Source of the DNA: an archaeon HR01
GTDB taxonomy: Archaea > Thermoproteota > Nitrososphaeria_A > Caldarchaeales > Caldarchaeaceae
Direction of reading: 5' to 3'
DNA length: 64,000 nucleotides
Assembly: GCA_002898355.1 (NCBI GenBank)
Contig: BEHD01000007.1
Span: 8,793-72,792 of the forward strand
A program made the translations under genes and the position numbers. The notes below the pieces were generated by a model. The model ran no database searches. It saw only the letters and a list, made by a program, of their open reading frames with translations, and was not told where the DNA came from. This document shows positions 38,809 through 49,788 of this stretch, piece after piece; positions within the stretch are counted from its first letter, which is position 1; every line of letters begins with the position of its first letter.

Positions 38809-40416
38809 GTGTGGAGCACGGACACGATTCTAGTCGCGGCTGCTGCTTTGGGCGCTTCTTGGCTTAGAATGGGTATAGCGTTAGTAATTTCAGCCCTCTT
38901 CTCCCTCGCTGTAGGGATAGCGGGTGGAACCAGCAGAAAAGCTGAGAAGATTATTGTCCCCGTCCTTGACATCCTCCAGTCAATCCCAATTCTAGGATTT
39001 TTCCCGCTTGCTCTCTATGGTTTTTACAGCATCTCACCGGTTATAGGAGCAGAAATAGCATCCATCTTCCTTATATTCACCAGCCAGGCATGGAATATGA
39101 CATTCGCAGTCTACGAATCAACTCGGGTTATCGGACTCGACCTGCTGGAATCGGCCCGGTCCATGCGGCTCGGATACTTGGATAGGCTCAGATATATCTA
39201 CATACCGGCATCACTACCTAGACTGCTTCAGAATTTACAGCCCTCATGGTCAAACGGCATCTTCTTCTTAGTAGGTAGCGAGATATTGACATTCGGCAGT
39301 ATAGATGTAAACCTCTTCGGCCTCGGCTCAGTAGTCGCACAGTTTGTGGAGACCGGAGATACTTTCGGGATCACTGTGACGCTGTCTATGCTAGTAGCCG
39401 CCTCGATAGCCACCAATTTCTTTGTCTTTCTCCCATTAGCCGGCCTCTCCGGTACAAGACGGGGAAAGGAAACCCATTTAGCACGCACCACTTTCCCGGC
39501 TGTATTTGAGAGGGCGTCCAAAATTCTAACATCCGGCTTCGGACTAAAACATGTAGTGAGGCTGGAGCACCCCAACATAGAGCTCCAGAGAGCCATAGCG
39601 GGAATAACAAAGAAGGTCAGCCTTCCATGGTCTCTTCTACGCGGCCTGATATTCTTCTCACTCCTAGCCATCTTTTCAACGGCCGTCATCAGTAGAGGGG
39701 GCGATATACTGAATGTAATGACAAACCTCTATCACGCCTTTCTAAGGTTGGGCCCTATTAACATCGCCGAGGCAACAGTCTACTCTTTAATCAGGGTTGG
39801 AATCAGCCTCGCTATATCGATTGGGTGGAGCATCCCACTCGCCCTACTAATATTTAGAACAAGCACAGCTTCAGCAGCCGTTACAACAGCCATGCAGGTG
39901 GCATCTTCAATCCCCGTCACGATCCTCTATCCCGTAATCTCGGCCTGGCTGCCAGCTGTAGTTGAGGTCAAAGCCATATTAATGATCTTAATGGCCACTC
40001 AGTGGTATGTATTCTTCCAAGTCTTAGGCAGTCTAAGAAATATTCCACAGGATGAGCTTGAAATTGTTGATATCTACAGGCTGCGATTCGTCGACAAACT
40101 GCGATACCTGTACTTCTGGAGGCTTTTACCGGCTTTGATCACAGGCTGTGTGGTGGCTGCTGGCGGAGCTTGGAACGCACTCGTTGTAGCTGAGAGGATT
40201 GTTATAGGCAATATCAGGGAGGAGGTACCTACCCCCGGACTGGGTAAATTGTTATCAGTATATGTGGAGAGAGGCGACCTACCAGTTGTCGTTATAATAC
40301 TACTGGTGATGTCATCGGTGGTCGTTGGGCTGAACAGAGGTCTCTGGAAAAGGCTTTATGACTTGGTAGTCTTGAGGCTTAAGGCGGAAGATGGCGGAGG
40401 GCACGGCGCTGGATGA
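38809..40416 (+). CDS. ABC transporter permease (duplicated BPD-type transmembrane domain, NitT/TauT-like)
   Basis: 535 aa polytopic membrane protein with two permease-like halves; followed by an overlapping ABC ATPase gene. Confidence 0.65.
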   Translation: MWSTDTILVAAAALGASWLRMGIALVISALFSLAVGIAGGTSRKAEKIIVPVLDILQSIPILGFFPLALYGFYSISPVIGAEIASIFLIFTSQAWNMTFAVYESTRVIGLDLLESARSMRLGYLDRLRYIYIPASLPRLLQNLQPSWSNGIFFLVGSEILTFGSIDVNLFGLGSVVAQFVETGDTFGITVTLSMLVAASIATNFFVFLPLAGLSGTRRGKETHLARTTFPAVFERASKILTSGFGLKHVVRLEHPNIELQRAIAGITKKVSLPWSLLRGLIFFSLLAIFSTAVISRGGDILNVMTNLYHAFLRLGPINIAEATVYSLIRVGISLAISIGWSIPLALLIFRTSTASAAVTTAMQVASSIPVTILYPVISAWLPAVVEVKAILMILMATQWYVFFQVLGSLRNIPQDELEIVDIYRLRFVDKLRYLYFWRLLPALITGCVVAAGGAWNALVVAERIVIGNIREEVPTPGLGKLLSVYVERGDLPVVVIILLVMSSVVVGLNRGLWKRLYDLVVLRLKAEDGGGHGAG

Positions 40417-41194
40417 TGTGAAGAGCAGAAGAATATCCGAGGCTATACTTACCGCTAGGGAGATCTATCACAGGTATAAGACAAAGAAGGGTGGAGAGAT
40501 AGAAGTAATTCACAATATCAGCCTAGATATAAGGTATGGTGAATTCCTTGGAATAGTTGGGTCCAGCGGTTCTGGGAAGACAACTCTTCTAAAGATCTTA
40601 GCGGGACTTATCAAGCCTACTTCTGGTGTTGTCTACTATAAGAATAAGCCTTTGGACGGGCCTACTCCCGCTATCTCGCTTGTTTTTCAGAATCCAGCCC
40701 TTTTCCCTTGGCTTACCGTTTTGGATAACGTGATGCTGGCCCTGAAGAGTTTTGATAGGTTGTCTAAGGAGGAGATGATTGAGAGGTGTAGAAGTTATTT
40801 GGATATGGTGGGGCTGTCGGGTTTTGAGCTGGCATACCCCAATGAGTTGAGCGGCGGAATGAAACAGAGGGCGGTCCTAGCCCGTGCTCTGGTAACAAAC
40901 CCCGACATACTACTAATGGATGAGCCGTTCAGCAACGTAGACCCTTTAACAGCTGTCTCTTTGAGGAGGGAGGTGGATTTGATGCGGTTAAGCGAAACCA
41001 TTCCCCCCAGCTCTGTAGTCCTTGTATCACATAATGTGGAGGAGATTGTCGAGTTAAGCGATCGAGTAATAGTTCTGACTTCGAGGCCGGCTAGAATTGC
41101 AGCAGAGCTGGATATACCTCTTCCCAGGCCACGGGATAAGAGAAGTCCTGAATTCTACGATTTTGTGGATAAGATATTTACTCTAATGAGCTAG
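40391..41194 (+). CDS. ABC transporter ATP-binding protein (nitrate/sulfonate/taurine family)
   Basis: Walker [10 protein letters not shown], signature LSGGMKQR, Walker B LLMDEPFS. Confidence 0.85.
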   Translation: MAEGTALDDVKSRRISEAILTAREIYHRYKTKKGGEIEVIHNISLDIRYGEFLGIVGSSGSGKTTLLKILAGLIKPTSGVVYYKNKPLDGPTPAISLVFQNPALFPWLTVLDNVMLALKSFDRLSKEEMIERCRSYLDMVGLSGFELAYPNELSGGMKQRAVLARALVTNPDILLMDEPFSNVDPLTAVSLRREVDLMRLSETIPPSSVVLVSHNVEEIVELSDRVIVLTSRPARIAAELDIPLPRPRDKRSPEFYDFVDKIFTLMS

Positions 41195-41702
41195 ACTGTT
41201 GATATCTTCGGGATTTTGGTTTGAACTGTCGTGTGTCACCGTCATAGCTGAGGAGCTCGGTATAGAGTAGCCAGTCCACTAGGAGTTCATGGAGGGATTC
41301 TAGGTTTTCGATGTAGCTGTGGTGCTGAATCTTCTGTGATAGCTCACTTGCGACATCTTCTGCGGTGAAGCCTTCAGCCTTTTCCTTAGAAAGCCTTATG
41401 GCTGTAGCAAAGGGTTCCAGGTTTGGCAGCTGCTCCTTCAAGAGCTTTTTCTTTCCTTTGGCTAAGCTGCGGCTTATCCTCAGGCCCAGAGGTGTTACAA
41501 CCCCTTCCCCATCTTCTATCTTGATGAGGCCCAACTGCTCAGCCGCCTCGGATGCTGGAAGTATGTCATCCAAAGTGGCCCGCAACTCCCTAGCTATTTG
41601 AGCTAGGTCGGCCCTACCGCCATAGGCCACCACGAGTTCTATAAGACCTAGCACAGTTCCAAGTCTTGCTTCCAAGGGAAAAAGCCTTGATTCTTGCCCC
41701 AT
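41178..41702 (-). CDS. Hypothetical protein (possible stand-alone ABC-associated regulatory domain)
   Basis: 174 aa, convergent with the ABC ATPase; no strong motifs. Confidence 0.3.
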   Translation of the reverse strand: MGQESRLFPLEARLGTVLGLIELVVAYGGRADLAQIARELRATLDDILPASEAAEQLGLIKIEDGEGVVTPLGLRISRSLAKGKKKLLKEQLPNLEPFATAIRLSKEKAEGFTAEDVASELSQKIQHHSYIENLESLHELLVDWLLYTELLSYDGDTRQFKPKSRRYQQSSSLE

Positions 41703-41751
41703 CGGCGGTATAGGACTATATGGGAGATAAATTAAGGGTTACGCCGAAAAG

Positions 41752-42900
41752 TTAAATACTATATCCCAACCCCTCAATAATATCTGCCACTTTTAAAACT
41801 CCATCCATCCGGGATGCTATAGATGAGAGAGCTCTGGCTGTCCGGCCATATTCCTCGCCATGCGACAGCTCCTCCAATATATCCCCCATACTGGCCAGAT
41901 CTTTCTCGTCTAACATCTTACCGATACCCAGCTCCTCAACTCTTAGGGCGTTCCTTAACTGCTCGCCATGTAACGGTGTTGGGATGGCGACTATTTTCCT
42001 ACCATATAGGATGGCTTTAGATATCACGGTTAGTCCAGCCCGACCCACAACTATGTCCGAGGCGGCCATCAAAGCGTCTGCATCCTCCACCCAATCATAT
42101 ATCCCAACATTCCCGAGCTCACGATGAGTAGGGCCCCCGATGTTGCCGAGGGAGACGACAAACCTATACCTACCCAGGTCTTTGATTACCCTCAAAATTG
42201 CTGCGGCGAGCCTCTCCCTTTCAGGTCTGTTGCCGCTGATGTGAATGAAGACCAGTGGTTTCCCGTCGGGGTTGTGGCGGCGTCTAATTTGCTCCACTTC
42301 CCGGCTTGATATTTGACGCTTCTCAATGAGCGGGCCAACGTATTCGAGGCGGGTTCCTGGGTTTGTGTTCAGGGTATATTTTGAGATGGTGTAGGGGGGT
42401 GGAAGGTCGGGAACCGCTATTATATCCGATCTGTCCCAAATGATTTCAGGTGCTTGAATGATATGGCCTACATATCTTGCCAGTCTCAGGAACCTTCTAA
42501 CCTCAAGTGCTATGTTATACTGGTTCAGAACCACTATAACCGGACGCCCCAATACTTTGGCCGCCACCACAGTCGACGCACGTGTGTCGCTGTATACGAC
42601 GTCGGGCGGCCATTTATCCATAACTGACGTCTCTCTCGCTATCTGCTCGGCGAATCGTAGCGGTAGAAGGAGATTCTTTAGGATTGTTCTCTTCACAGAG
42701 ATAGAGCCGTCATCCGAGAGACCGTATGAGAGGTTTACATTGGGAGTGTGCTGAAAACCCTCCTTCTCCAGCAACTTCTGTGCTTCGCCATAGGCGGTGA
42801 ATGTGATGGAATGGCCCCTTCTCAACAGTTCCTTTGCCACGGGTATGGACCTAGATGCGTGTCCAAGGCCAATGCCACAGATACCCATGTGTACTAGCAT
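41752..42900 (-). CDS. Glycosyltransferase (GT1/GT28 MurG-like fold)
   Basis: N-terminal ICGIGLGHASR motif typical of GT-B UDP-glycosyltransferases. Confidence 0.6.
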   Translation of the reverse strand: MLVHMGICGIGLGHASRSIPVAKELLRRGHSITFTAYGEAQKLLEKEGFQHTPNVNLSYGLSDDGSISVKRTILKNLLLPLRFAEQIARETSVMDKWPPDVVYSDTRASTVVAAKVLGRPVIVVLNQYNIALEVRRFLRLARYVGHIIQAPEIIWDRSDIIAVPDLPPPYTISKYTLNTNPGTRLEYVGPLIEKRQISSREVEQIRRRHNPDGKPLVFIHISGNRPERERLAAAILRVIKDLGRYRFVVSLGNIGGPTHRELGNVGIYDWVEDADALMAASDIVVGRAGLTVISKAILYGRKIVAIPTPLHGEQLRNALRVEELGIGKMLDEKDLASMGDILEELSHGEEYGRTARALSSIASRMDGVLKVADIIEGLGYSI

Positions 42901-43502
42901 GTTTCTACACTTAGCGGAACCTCGACCACTTCTCCCTTTGGCGTCCTCTCCCTGAATATCTGTGCTGTATAACGCAGTATCCTCATTTTACCGTGTATCC
43001 AGTATGTGGGGTTAAGGCCAGCTTTAAGACATAGATGCGTTAGAAAAGTCTCTGCGTCCCACCCATATTCAATAGGAACCTGAGGCAGTAGAAGACCTGA
43101 ACCATACGGGGTCTCGATTATTAGCCCATCAACTCCCACTTTAATAAGGTTGGGCAGTTCAAGCCTTTCACGATACTTTATCTCCTCAGGCGGAGTTAAG
43201 ATACTTACCTCCACAATCAAACCGTCCAGCTCTTCAAGGTTGACCGGGTTGAAGCGGGGGTCTTCTATAGCTGCAGATATGGCGGCCTTTACCAAGGCCT
43301 CAGACAAGGGCAATACCGGGTAGGGAAAGCCTATACAACCCCTCAACTCATGGGTTGGATGCCTGTATAGTGATACGAATACCCCACGCTTCTCACTTGG
43401 AAGCCCCACACACTCGTAGATCTCGCCCCTGCTCAGATAGGCCTCTATTGCTCTTCTAGCACAGCGCACAGCCGCATCTCCTGTAGCTATGTCAAACTTC
43501 AT
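42894..43502 (-). CDS. AMMECR1-domain protein
   Basis: LRGCIGFPYP motif characteristic of AMMECR1. Confidence 0.85.
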   Translation of the reverse strand: MKFDIATGDAAVRCARRAIEAYLSRGEIYECVGLPSEKRGVFVSLYRHPTHELRGCIGFPYPVLPLSEALVKAAISAAIEDPRFNPVNLEELDGLIVEVSILTPPEEIKYRERLELPNLIKVGVDGLIIETPYGSGLLLPQVPIEYGWDAETFLTHLCLKAGLNPTYWIHGKMRILRYTAQIFRERTPKGEVVEVPLSVETC

Positions 43503-43974
43503 GCCTATCCAGCTCCCCGAGGACTTTCTCGATATTTTTCCAGTGACGGCCCTTCCAGTAGGTCTTCCCGCAGCCGGGGCAAGACCATTTCTGAGGGGTG
43601 ACAGATGTTTTAACCAGTAGGGTATTACATTTAGGGCATCGGGTCTTGTCGGGGTTGAAAAACATCTTCAAACCAAGTTTTTCCTGGAGAGTTTTGAGTG
43701 CTTCCACGGTTTCAGTCGCAACTACCAGTATGGATTCGGCTCCCGACTTGGACGCAAGGCTATGCAGCCTCCTATCCCTGGTTATGATTATTCGTCCTTC
43801 GCTGCGGCTGACCTCCAAAAGCTCATCATCTCTCTCCCCGTGCCAGTAAAGAGTGTCATAGCCTAGGAGTCGCAGCCATGTGAGAAGATTCCCCAACATT
43901 GTGTCCAGAATAAACTTCAACCCTACTTTACTATTCTTTCCTAGATTCCTCAAGCTCCAGCCTGCACTCTTCAC
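43492..43974 (-). CDS. Mut7-C/DUF82 PIN-like RNase domain protein with C-terminal zinc ribbon
   Basis: KFILDTMLGNLLTWLRLLGYD matches the Mut7-C N-terminus; CPKC...CPGC ribbon. Confidence 0.75.
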   Translation of the reverse strand: MKSAGWSLRNLGKNSKVGLKFILDTMLGNLLTWLRLLGYDTLYWHGERDDELLEVSRSEGRIIITRDRRLHSLASKSGAESILVVATETVEALKTLQEKLGLKMFFNPDKTRCPKCNTLLVKTSVTPQKWSCPGCGKTYWKGRHWKNIEKVLGELDRHEV

Positions 43975-44530
43975 ACATCAGCTGGTCTTCCACCCTAGTC
44001 AATAGGTCTGACCATTCCCCACATACATCGCAGTAACCCTCAACCGGTGATGATGTGGGTGTGCTGGCTGTCCCAGTTAAACGCATCTTCTCCCTAACTA
44101 TATTGACTATCTCAGGAGTTACCTGAAGTATATCCTTAACACTTACAATGCCTGCAACTCTACCTTTATAGACGACCACCAGACGACTAATCTTGAGCCT
44201 ATTCATCTTGGTGATGGCCTCATCTATCGTTGCGTCAGGTTCTATGGTCTGAAGCGATGTGGTCATGATATTTTTAGCAAGCACCTGATTAGGGTCTAGA
44301 CCGTTGGCCACCACATCACAGACAAGATCGGTCTTCGTAATGATGCCTCGAGGCTCGCCATTCTTGGTCACAACAACACTTCCCACACCATACTTCCGCA
44401 TCTTATCCGCAACAACCACAGATGAGTCATTCTCATCACACTCTATGACGGGGCTAGTCATCACATCCCTGACCCGCAGCTCTGCGGAGAGGGTTACCGG
44501 TTTTACCATATCACCCACCATAGGAATCAT
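43931..44530 (-). CDS. CBS-pair protein with C-terminal zinc-ribbon
   Basis: Two CBS motifs plus CDVCG...CEEC. Confidence 0.55.
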   Translation of the reverse strand: MIPMVGDMVKPVTLSAELRVRDVMTSPVIECDENDSSVVVADKMRKYGVGSVVVTKNGEPRGIITKTDLVCDVVANGLDPNQVLAKNIMTTSLQTIEPDATIDEAITKMNRLKISRLVVVYKGRVAGIVSVKDILQVTPEIVNIVREKMRLTGTASTPTSSPVEGYCDVCGEWSDLLTRVEDQLMCEECRLELEESRKE

Positions 44531-46417
44531 CTATGAATTAATAAGCTTGTCTCCCACATAAATGGAGCACCTCCCATAAGGTATCTGGGTTTTCAGCCAT
44601 TCCACCAGCTCCGTCATCCTCCCGATAGAGAGATATTCTAGAATCTTCTCCGCAGCAATCTGCGCCGGGGTCTTACCCGGACGAATAACCACATGCCGCA
44701 GACTCTTTCTTCTAGCGGTTAACTCCGGCAACACGTCTAGCTCTTCCTCTCCAACCCTGCATACGGCCAGACTAAGATGGGACTCTAGATAGGTTCTACG
44801 GCCGATAACCATAAAAGAGCCCTTGGGAAGATACTGGCCTGAAGGCGCCGAGAGGGAGATCTGAGACTGGTTAACATAGTATACAGAGGCGACTGAGAAA
44901 CCCTCCCTCCAAGCCCTGCTATAGCAGGCTGTAAACTGAGCAGCCTCCTCTAAAGAAGTTGATGGGGCATTGACACCTCCCTTGACAAGGGTTACCGGAG
45001 AGCCGGCGATCTCAGTATGCATGACGATGTCACCCTCCTCCATAAGATGCCTCAAAACATGAATATTGGACCTTGAGTCCCTGCCAGAAACTACCTTAAA
45101 TCCATCGGATGTTACAAATTCCCTGAGCTGCTTCCTTACCGGTCTCCTTTCGACGCTAACCTTGGGAAGTGGGGTTTCAACCTCACTTTCGGCTATGGCC
45201 AGCTCCTCAGCGGCTCTCTCCCTCTTCTTTTTAAGCTCCTCCACATCCTCGGAGAGCTTGGCGATAGCTTCCCTCAGTTTCTTCAACTCCCCATATTTCT
45301 CAGAGATTTGCTTCCAGACAGATTCATCAGTCCTTAAAACCACCACATTTTCACCTATCTTCACCTCCAGAGTTCTACCTCTCTCCTCGACAAGGAGGCC
45401 TGCTGACCTCAATTCATCGCCTCGCAGGGGTGTTGCTAGTCTTCCCACCAAGCTCTCCAAGACTCGGATTGCTTCTTCCATAGACTTCTCCCGGGCAGTA
45501 AGGGTTTCCAGAGAGTACATCTTATCTGCTATTTCGTCATCTAAGGACCTTAGCCTCTCGATTAACGGTTTTAGAGAGGACCTCTTCCTCTCTATCTCCA
45601 GCTCCCTCAAGTAGGATTTAGCAACTGCCTCCGAGAAGGACGTGGTCTCGACATATTGATGGGTGAGATGTTTAAGCTCAACAGGTGAAGGAAGCAACTC
45701 ACCATCCTCCAGATGATATATCCTTGGCTTCGGTTTGCTCAGCTCAGATAGCAGGGAGGCTAGAGCCATGTATATGCTTGTACGCTCCACCTCTGTTAGC
45801 TCGGATACAGTTTTATCTTTCTCCACAGAAGCCCTGAACAGAATCTCCTCCGCAAATTTTCCTCCAAGTCCTAGGTCACGGCTGACCGCCGAGATGACAG
45901 GTGATCTAGGGTTCAACCTACTCAGGATTGATGCGTCCAAGCCACCGGGTGTGATGGAGTATCTTGGCTTGGGATGTGCGTAGGGCTTTCCCAGTTTGAG
46001 CGCTCTGTCATGAGAAGCTTTTGTATGTAATGCTAGCTCAACCAAACCATCCTTAAGAAGGATTATGTTGCCAGGCGGCATCAACTCTGTGACCAGCTCC
46101 CTATTCTCTTGAAATGCGACATAGATTATCCTCTCGGAGTTGTGCTGTCTAATATCTTGTATTTTGAGGCCTTTCAGCCGTTTCCTCAGCTCCATTGCAA
46201 ACGTGGATGGTGTGGGGGGCTTCTCCACCTCCAAACTTGTGATGAAAAAGCATTCTCCGGAAACAAGCCAGAGCTCGGCCGTATTCCCCTGCTTGTAAAT
46301 CTTTAGGATAACGCTCTTGGATGTGGGCTGGTATACATTTCTGACTATCGCATCCAATGTTGAGGCCCGACACTCGTCTAGTAGTATTGATATCTCCGCC
46401 GAATTGACTGTTGGCAA
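44531..46417 (-). CDS. NFACT-family protein (FbpA/Rqc2/NEMF archaeal homologue)
   Basis: NFACT-N-like N-terminus, central coiled coil, NFACT-R/DUF814-like segment (FKVVSGRDSRSNIHVLRHLMEEGDIVMHTEIAGSPVTLVKGG). Confidence 0.7.
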   Translation of the reverse strand: MPTVNSAEISILLDECRASTLDAIVRNVYQPTSKSVILKIYKQGNTAELWLVSGECFFITSLEVEKPPTPSTFAMELRKRLKGLKIQDIRQHNSERIIYVAFQENRELVTELMPPGNIILLKDGLVELALHTKASHDRALKLGKPYAHPKPRYSITPGGLDASILSRLNPRSPVISAVSRDLGLGGKFAEEILFRASVEKDKTVSELTEVERTSIYMALASLLSELSKPKPRIYHLEDGELLPSPVELKHLTHQYVETTSFSEAVAKSYLRELEIERKRSSLKPLIERLRSLDDEIADKMYSLETLTAREKSMEEAIRVLESLVGRLATPLRGDELRSAGLLVEERGRTLEVKIGENVVVLRTDESVWKQISEKYGELKKLREAIAKLSEDVEELKKKRERAAEELAIAESEVETPLPKVSVERRPVRKQLREFVTSDGFKVVSGRDSRSNIHVLRHLMEEGDIVMHTEIAGSPVTLVKGGVNAPSTSLEEAAQFTACYSRAWREGFSVASVYYVNQSQISLSAPSGQYLPKGSFMVIGRRTYLESHLSLAVCRVGEEELDVLPELTARRKSLRHVVIRPGKTPAQIAAEKILEYLSIGRMTELVEWLKTQIPYGRCSIYVGDKLINS

Positions 46418-46737
46418 GCCTTCCTCACCACCCCAAGGTTATGTTTATTTCATGGCCCCACCCGCTAATGACTGTGAAGGTTGACGATATTATATACTGG
46501 GTTAAGGTTTTCGCAGGAGTCTTATATGGTTATACCTCCGCACTCCTATCAATCAGACTGGGTTCGACAGCCGCCCCCATCATCCTCCTAGCCATAGCCG
46601 TTTACATAGCATTGTCCGAGATTTTAGGCCGGTTCTCACACGCTAACCGTAGAAGGAGATACCTTAACGGTGTGGGCGGATATGCTGGGGCCTTCCTCGT
46701 CTCATGGATACTCTTCTACAACCTACTGCTCTCCTAA
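46411..46737 (+). CDS. Small membrane protein, hypothetical
   Basis: 108 aa, three hydrophobic segments. Confidence 0.3.
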   Translation: MASLPHHPKVMFISWPHPLMTVKVDDIIYWVKVFAGVLYGYTSALLSIRLGSTAAPIILLAIAVYIALSEILGRFSHANRRRRYLNGVGGYAGAFLVSWILFYNLLLS

Positions 46738-47093
46738 TCCTTCACCTGTTCCAGCTTGTGCGGCCTGGGTAACTTATCCAACAGGCCTAAAATATCGGAC
46801 CAAGCTTTAAAGAACCCGTCCTCACCACCTTCTCTCCTAGCCTTCTCCTCCATAGACATCCTGATTTCAGCCCTCCGTTTCCAGAGCTCCTTTCTTGTCA
46901 GAACTCTGAAGAGTAGGGAGTCGTGGTCGTCGTTGACATATGAGAGGACCAGACCTTCCAAAGCTTTCAAATATCTGGACTCGGATGGATATTTGTTTTT
47001 TAGCGTATTTAAAATCCGCTCCGACTCCGTTATCCGGCCCTCAAAAAGTGTCGATAGCAGCTGACGTGTCTCTGCGATAGGTATGGCCATCAA
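46734..47093 (-). CDS. Hypothetical helical protein downstream of radA
   Basis: 119 aa; 4-nt overlap with the radA stop suggests co-transcription. Confidence 0.3.
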   Translation of the reverse strand: MMAIPIAETRQLLSTLFEGRITESERILNTLKNKYPSESRYLKALEGLVLSYVNDDHDSLLFRVLTRKELWKRRAEIRMSMEEKARREGGEDGFFKAWSDILGLLDKLPRPHKLEQVKD

Positions 47094-48067
47094 TCCTCAC
47101 CCTCCACATCAACTATCCCATCCTCAGTGATAGCGAAGACAGCCTCCCCCTCCGGGAGATATGGGCTGGATACGAGTCTTGCTATTCTATTTCTTTTACC
47201 TGCCACCTTCCTCACAAGTATCCTCGTATGGCTTGTATGCCCCACTATATGCCCGCCCACTGGAAAAACCGCTGACTGGTTGAAGAAATCGTCTGGCTTG
47301 GCCATGACCTGGTTTGTTACAACGGCTGCGGCGTTGAAAGCCCTTGCAAGCCTTATAAGACGGTGGAGATGCTTATTCAACTTCTGCTGCCGTTCAGGGA
47401 GGAGCTGTCGACCAAGATATTCACTCCTGAAGTGGGCTGTAAGGGAGTCAACTATGATTAATCTGACATTATTTTCCTTGATCACTTTATCGGCCTTCTC
47501 AAGAAGTAACATCTGATGATCACTGGTGTACGCCTCTGCATATATTATCCTCTCGGCCACTAGCTCTGGGGGAAGGCCTAGGTGTTTCGCCATAGCGATT
47601 ATTCTCTCGGTTCTAAAAGTGTTCTCGGTGTCAATGTATAGGGCGGAGCCCTCTAATCCTCCCCTCGAGACAGGGAGCTGCACATTAACGGCGAGCTGGT
47701 GGCATATCTGAGATTTTCCCGACCCAAATTCACCATAGAACTCCGTGATCGACTGGGTCTCCACGCCGCCTCCCATCAATGCGTCTAAAGCCTTACTGCC
47801 TGTGGTGATCCTTCCCAAACCGGTCCGGAGCTCCGCCAAATCCTTCGCCGTAACCCATGTTAGTTCAATAGATTCTCTGGCCAATGCTATGAGTTCATAG
47901 GCTTTTTTCTCGCTTAGCCCTGCAGCCATTAATTCGGAGATTGTGGCAGTAGCTATAGACTCGACCGTTGTGAACCCTAGATCACGCAACCTCTCAGCTG
48001 TGGCTGGGCCTACACCCGGCAGGTCCTCTACCGACCTATACTTCTGCTCCCTCTCCTTCAACGCCAT
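47090..48067 (-). CDS. radA: DNA repair and recombination protein RadA
   Basis: N-terminal HhH domain ([12 protein letters not shown]), Walker [10 protein letters not shown], Walker B; 325 aa. Confidence 0.9.
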   Translation of the reverse strand: MALKEREQKYRSVEDLPGVGPATAERLRDLGFTTVESIATATISELMAAGLSEKKAYELIALARESIELTWVTAKDLAELRTGLGRITTGSKALDALMGGGVETQSITEFYGEFGSGKSQICHQLAVNVQLPVSRGGLEGSALYIDTENTFRTERIIAMAKHLGLPPELVAERIIYAEAYTSDHQMLLLEKADKVIKENNVRLIIVDSLTAHFRSEYLGRQLLPERQQKLNKHLHRLIRLARAFNAAAVVTNQVMAKPDDFFNQSAVFPVGGHIVGHTSHTRILVRKVAGKRNRIARLVSSPYLPEGEAVFAITEDGIVDVEGED

Positions 48068-48101
48068 CCGGTTAAACTCGGCCTACTATTATGAACAGGA
48101 C

Positions 48102-48108
48102 TTTAAAA
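48102..48108 (-). promoter_or_regulatory. Putative TATA box (TTTTAAA on minus strand) for radA
   Basis: About 38 nt upstream of the radA ATG (48067) in the same divergent intergenic region. Confidence 0.35.
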
Positions 48109-48130
48109 GTATTGCACCATTGGGATAGAC

Positions 48131-48140
48131 TTATACAATA
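48131..48140 (+). promoter_or_regulatory. Putative TATA box (TTATACAATA) for apgM
   Basis: About 24 nt upstream of the GTG start at 48159, in the 91-nt divergent radA/apgM intergenic region. Confidence 0.35.
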
Positions 48141-48158
48141 GCAGGCTACGGATGTTCT

Positions 48159-49400
48159 GTGAAGGCTGTAATTCTTCTGATGGATGGGCTAGGTGATAGA
48201 CCGTGTAGGAGTTTGGGGGGTCAGACGCCTTTACAGGCCGCCCACAAGCCTCTCTTCGACAGGATGGCTACTGAGGGTGAGAGCGGCGTTGTAGATGTTG
48301 TGGCCCCTGGGACACCCAACGGAAGCGATACAGGCCATCTGGCCATACTGGGCTATGACCCACACATCTACTATTTCGGCCGTGGGCCCTTCGAGGCGCT
48401 GGGTGCAGGGATAGACCTGAGAGAGGGGGACATAGCCTTCAGATGCAACTTCGCAACAATTGATAGAGAAGGCATGATATTGGATAGGCGTGCGGGGAGG
48501 ATATCAAGTTCAGAAGCCCAGAGGTTGGCTGAGGACATTTCAGGTCTAGCAATACCTGAATATCCTGACGTGAAGATTTTGTTCAGACCGACTATAGAGC
48601 ATAGGGGGGTCCTGGTTATTAGGGGAGGTGCTCTATCTGATAAGGTCTCCGACACTGATCCCCACAAAACAGGGGTAAGGGTGAACATTCCGGAGCCTCT
48701 GGAAGATTCCACGGAGGCTGCCAGAACCGCATCAATTATGAAGGCTTTTACAGAGAAAACCTCGGAGATACTTGAAAACCATCCGATTAATCAGCGGCGT
48801 CGTGAACAAGGTTTTCCACCAGCAAACGTAATATTGCTGAGAGGTGCTGGAAGGTTTAAACAACTCCCAACCATAAATGAGAGATATCATGTCAGAGGGG
48901 CCGTTATCGCTGGAGGAGCCTTATACAAGGGAGTCTGCAAGGCTGTAGGCTTCGACGTCGTCAACGTTCCAACAGCCACTGGCACATACAACACAGACCT
49001 GTCCGCAAAGGTCAGAGCAGTAGTCGACTCCCTCAAAAAATATGATCTGGTGTTTATGCATGTAAAAGCCACCGATACAGCCAGCCACGACCGGCAGCCA
49101 GCCAAGAAAAAGGAGATGATTGAGAAAACCTCTCACGCCTTCACACCTATCTACGAGATGGGTATATCCGAAGACCTCTATGTTGTGGTTACGGGAGACC
49201 ATACAACACCCTCCGAAATAGGAGAGCATAGGGGAGACCCTGTCCCTATAATGTTCTGGGGAGGGGATGTCAGAAGGGACAGAGTTGAGAAATTTGATGA
49301 GGTGTCATGTGCTGCAGGCTGTGTGGGTAGGATTCGTGGGGTGGACGTTATGAAATTGCTCTGCAATTACCTCGGAACCGTTGAGATGTACGGTGAGTAG
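48159..49400 (+). CDS. apgM: 2,3-bisphosphoglycerate-independent phosphoglycerate mutase, archaeal type
   Basis: AVILLMDGLGDRP N-terminus and 413 aa length typical of ApgM; GTG start. Confidence 0.8.
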   Translation: MKAVILLMDGLGDRPCRSLGGQTPLQAAHKPLFDRMATEGESGVVDVVAPGTPNGSDTGHLAILGYDPHIYYFGRGPFEALGAGIDLREGDIAFRCNFATIDREGMILDRRAGRISSSEAQRLAEDISGLAIPEYPDVKILFRPTIEHRGVLVIRGGALSDKVSDTDPHKTGVRVNIPEPLEDSTEAARTASIMKAFTEKTSEILENHPINQRRREQGFPPANVILLRGAGRFKQLPTINERYHVRGAVIAGGALYKGVCKAVGFDVVNVPTATGTYNTDLSAKVRAVVDSLKKYDLVFMHVKATDTASHDRQPAKKKEMIEKTSHAFTPIYEMGISEDLYVVVTGDHTTPSEIGEHRGDPVPIMFWGGDVRRDRVEKFDEVSCAAGCVGRIRGVDVMKLLCNYLGTVEMYGE

Positions 49401-49788
49401 AGAAATGTCATCTGCTAGGATACCTATATCAGTCACCGTCGAAAATCTGGCCACCTTGACAGGTGAACTCCACAGATATGCGGCACCCACAACCGTCATG
49501 TATCTCTGTAAGCTTATGCCTCTCGAAGGCTTCATAGCTAGATGGGATTACGCAATATACATTGTTACAAGCCTCAGCCTTGGAGCTGAGAAGACGGCCG
49601 CCAAAATCTCTGCTGGAGACATATTCTACTGGCCTCCGGGAAAGGCCGTTGGGATAGCATTCAAGGACAAGGATGCCCCTGCCCAGACAGTCAGGGTCGG
49701 CAAAATAGATAAGAACTTCGAGATTCTCGAGAAGGCAGGCCAGGGGGCTAGGCTGCGTCTTTCACTGCGGCCACCTTCCTACCCTTAG
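49381..49788 (+). CDS. Hypothetical protein (possibly cyclophilin-like-fold DUF)
   Basis: 135 aa; overlaps the apgM stop by 20 nt; no firm motif. Confidence 0.3.
   Translation: MRCTVSREMSSARIPISVTVENLATLTGELHRYAAPTTVMYLCKLMPLEGFIARWDYAIYIVTSLSLGAEKTAAKISAGDIFYWPPGKAVGIAFKDKDAPAQTVRVGKIDKNFEILEKAGQGARLRLSLRPPSYP

Noticed and set aside
45066-45614. 182-aa Ser-rich plus-strand ORF
   Set aside because: Antisense to the coiled-coil region of the NFACT gene; compositional artefact.
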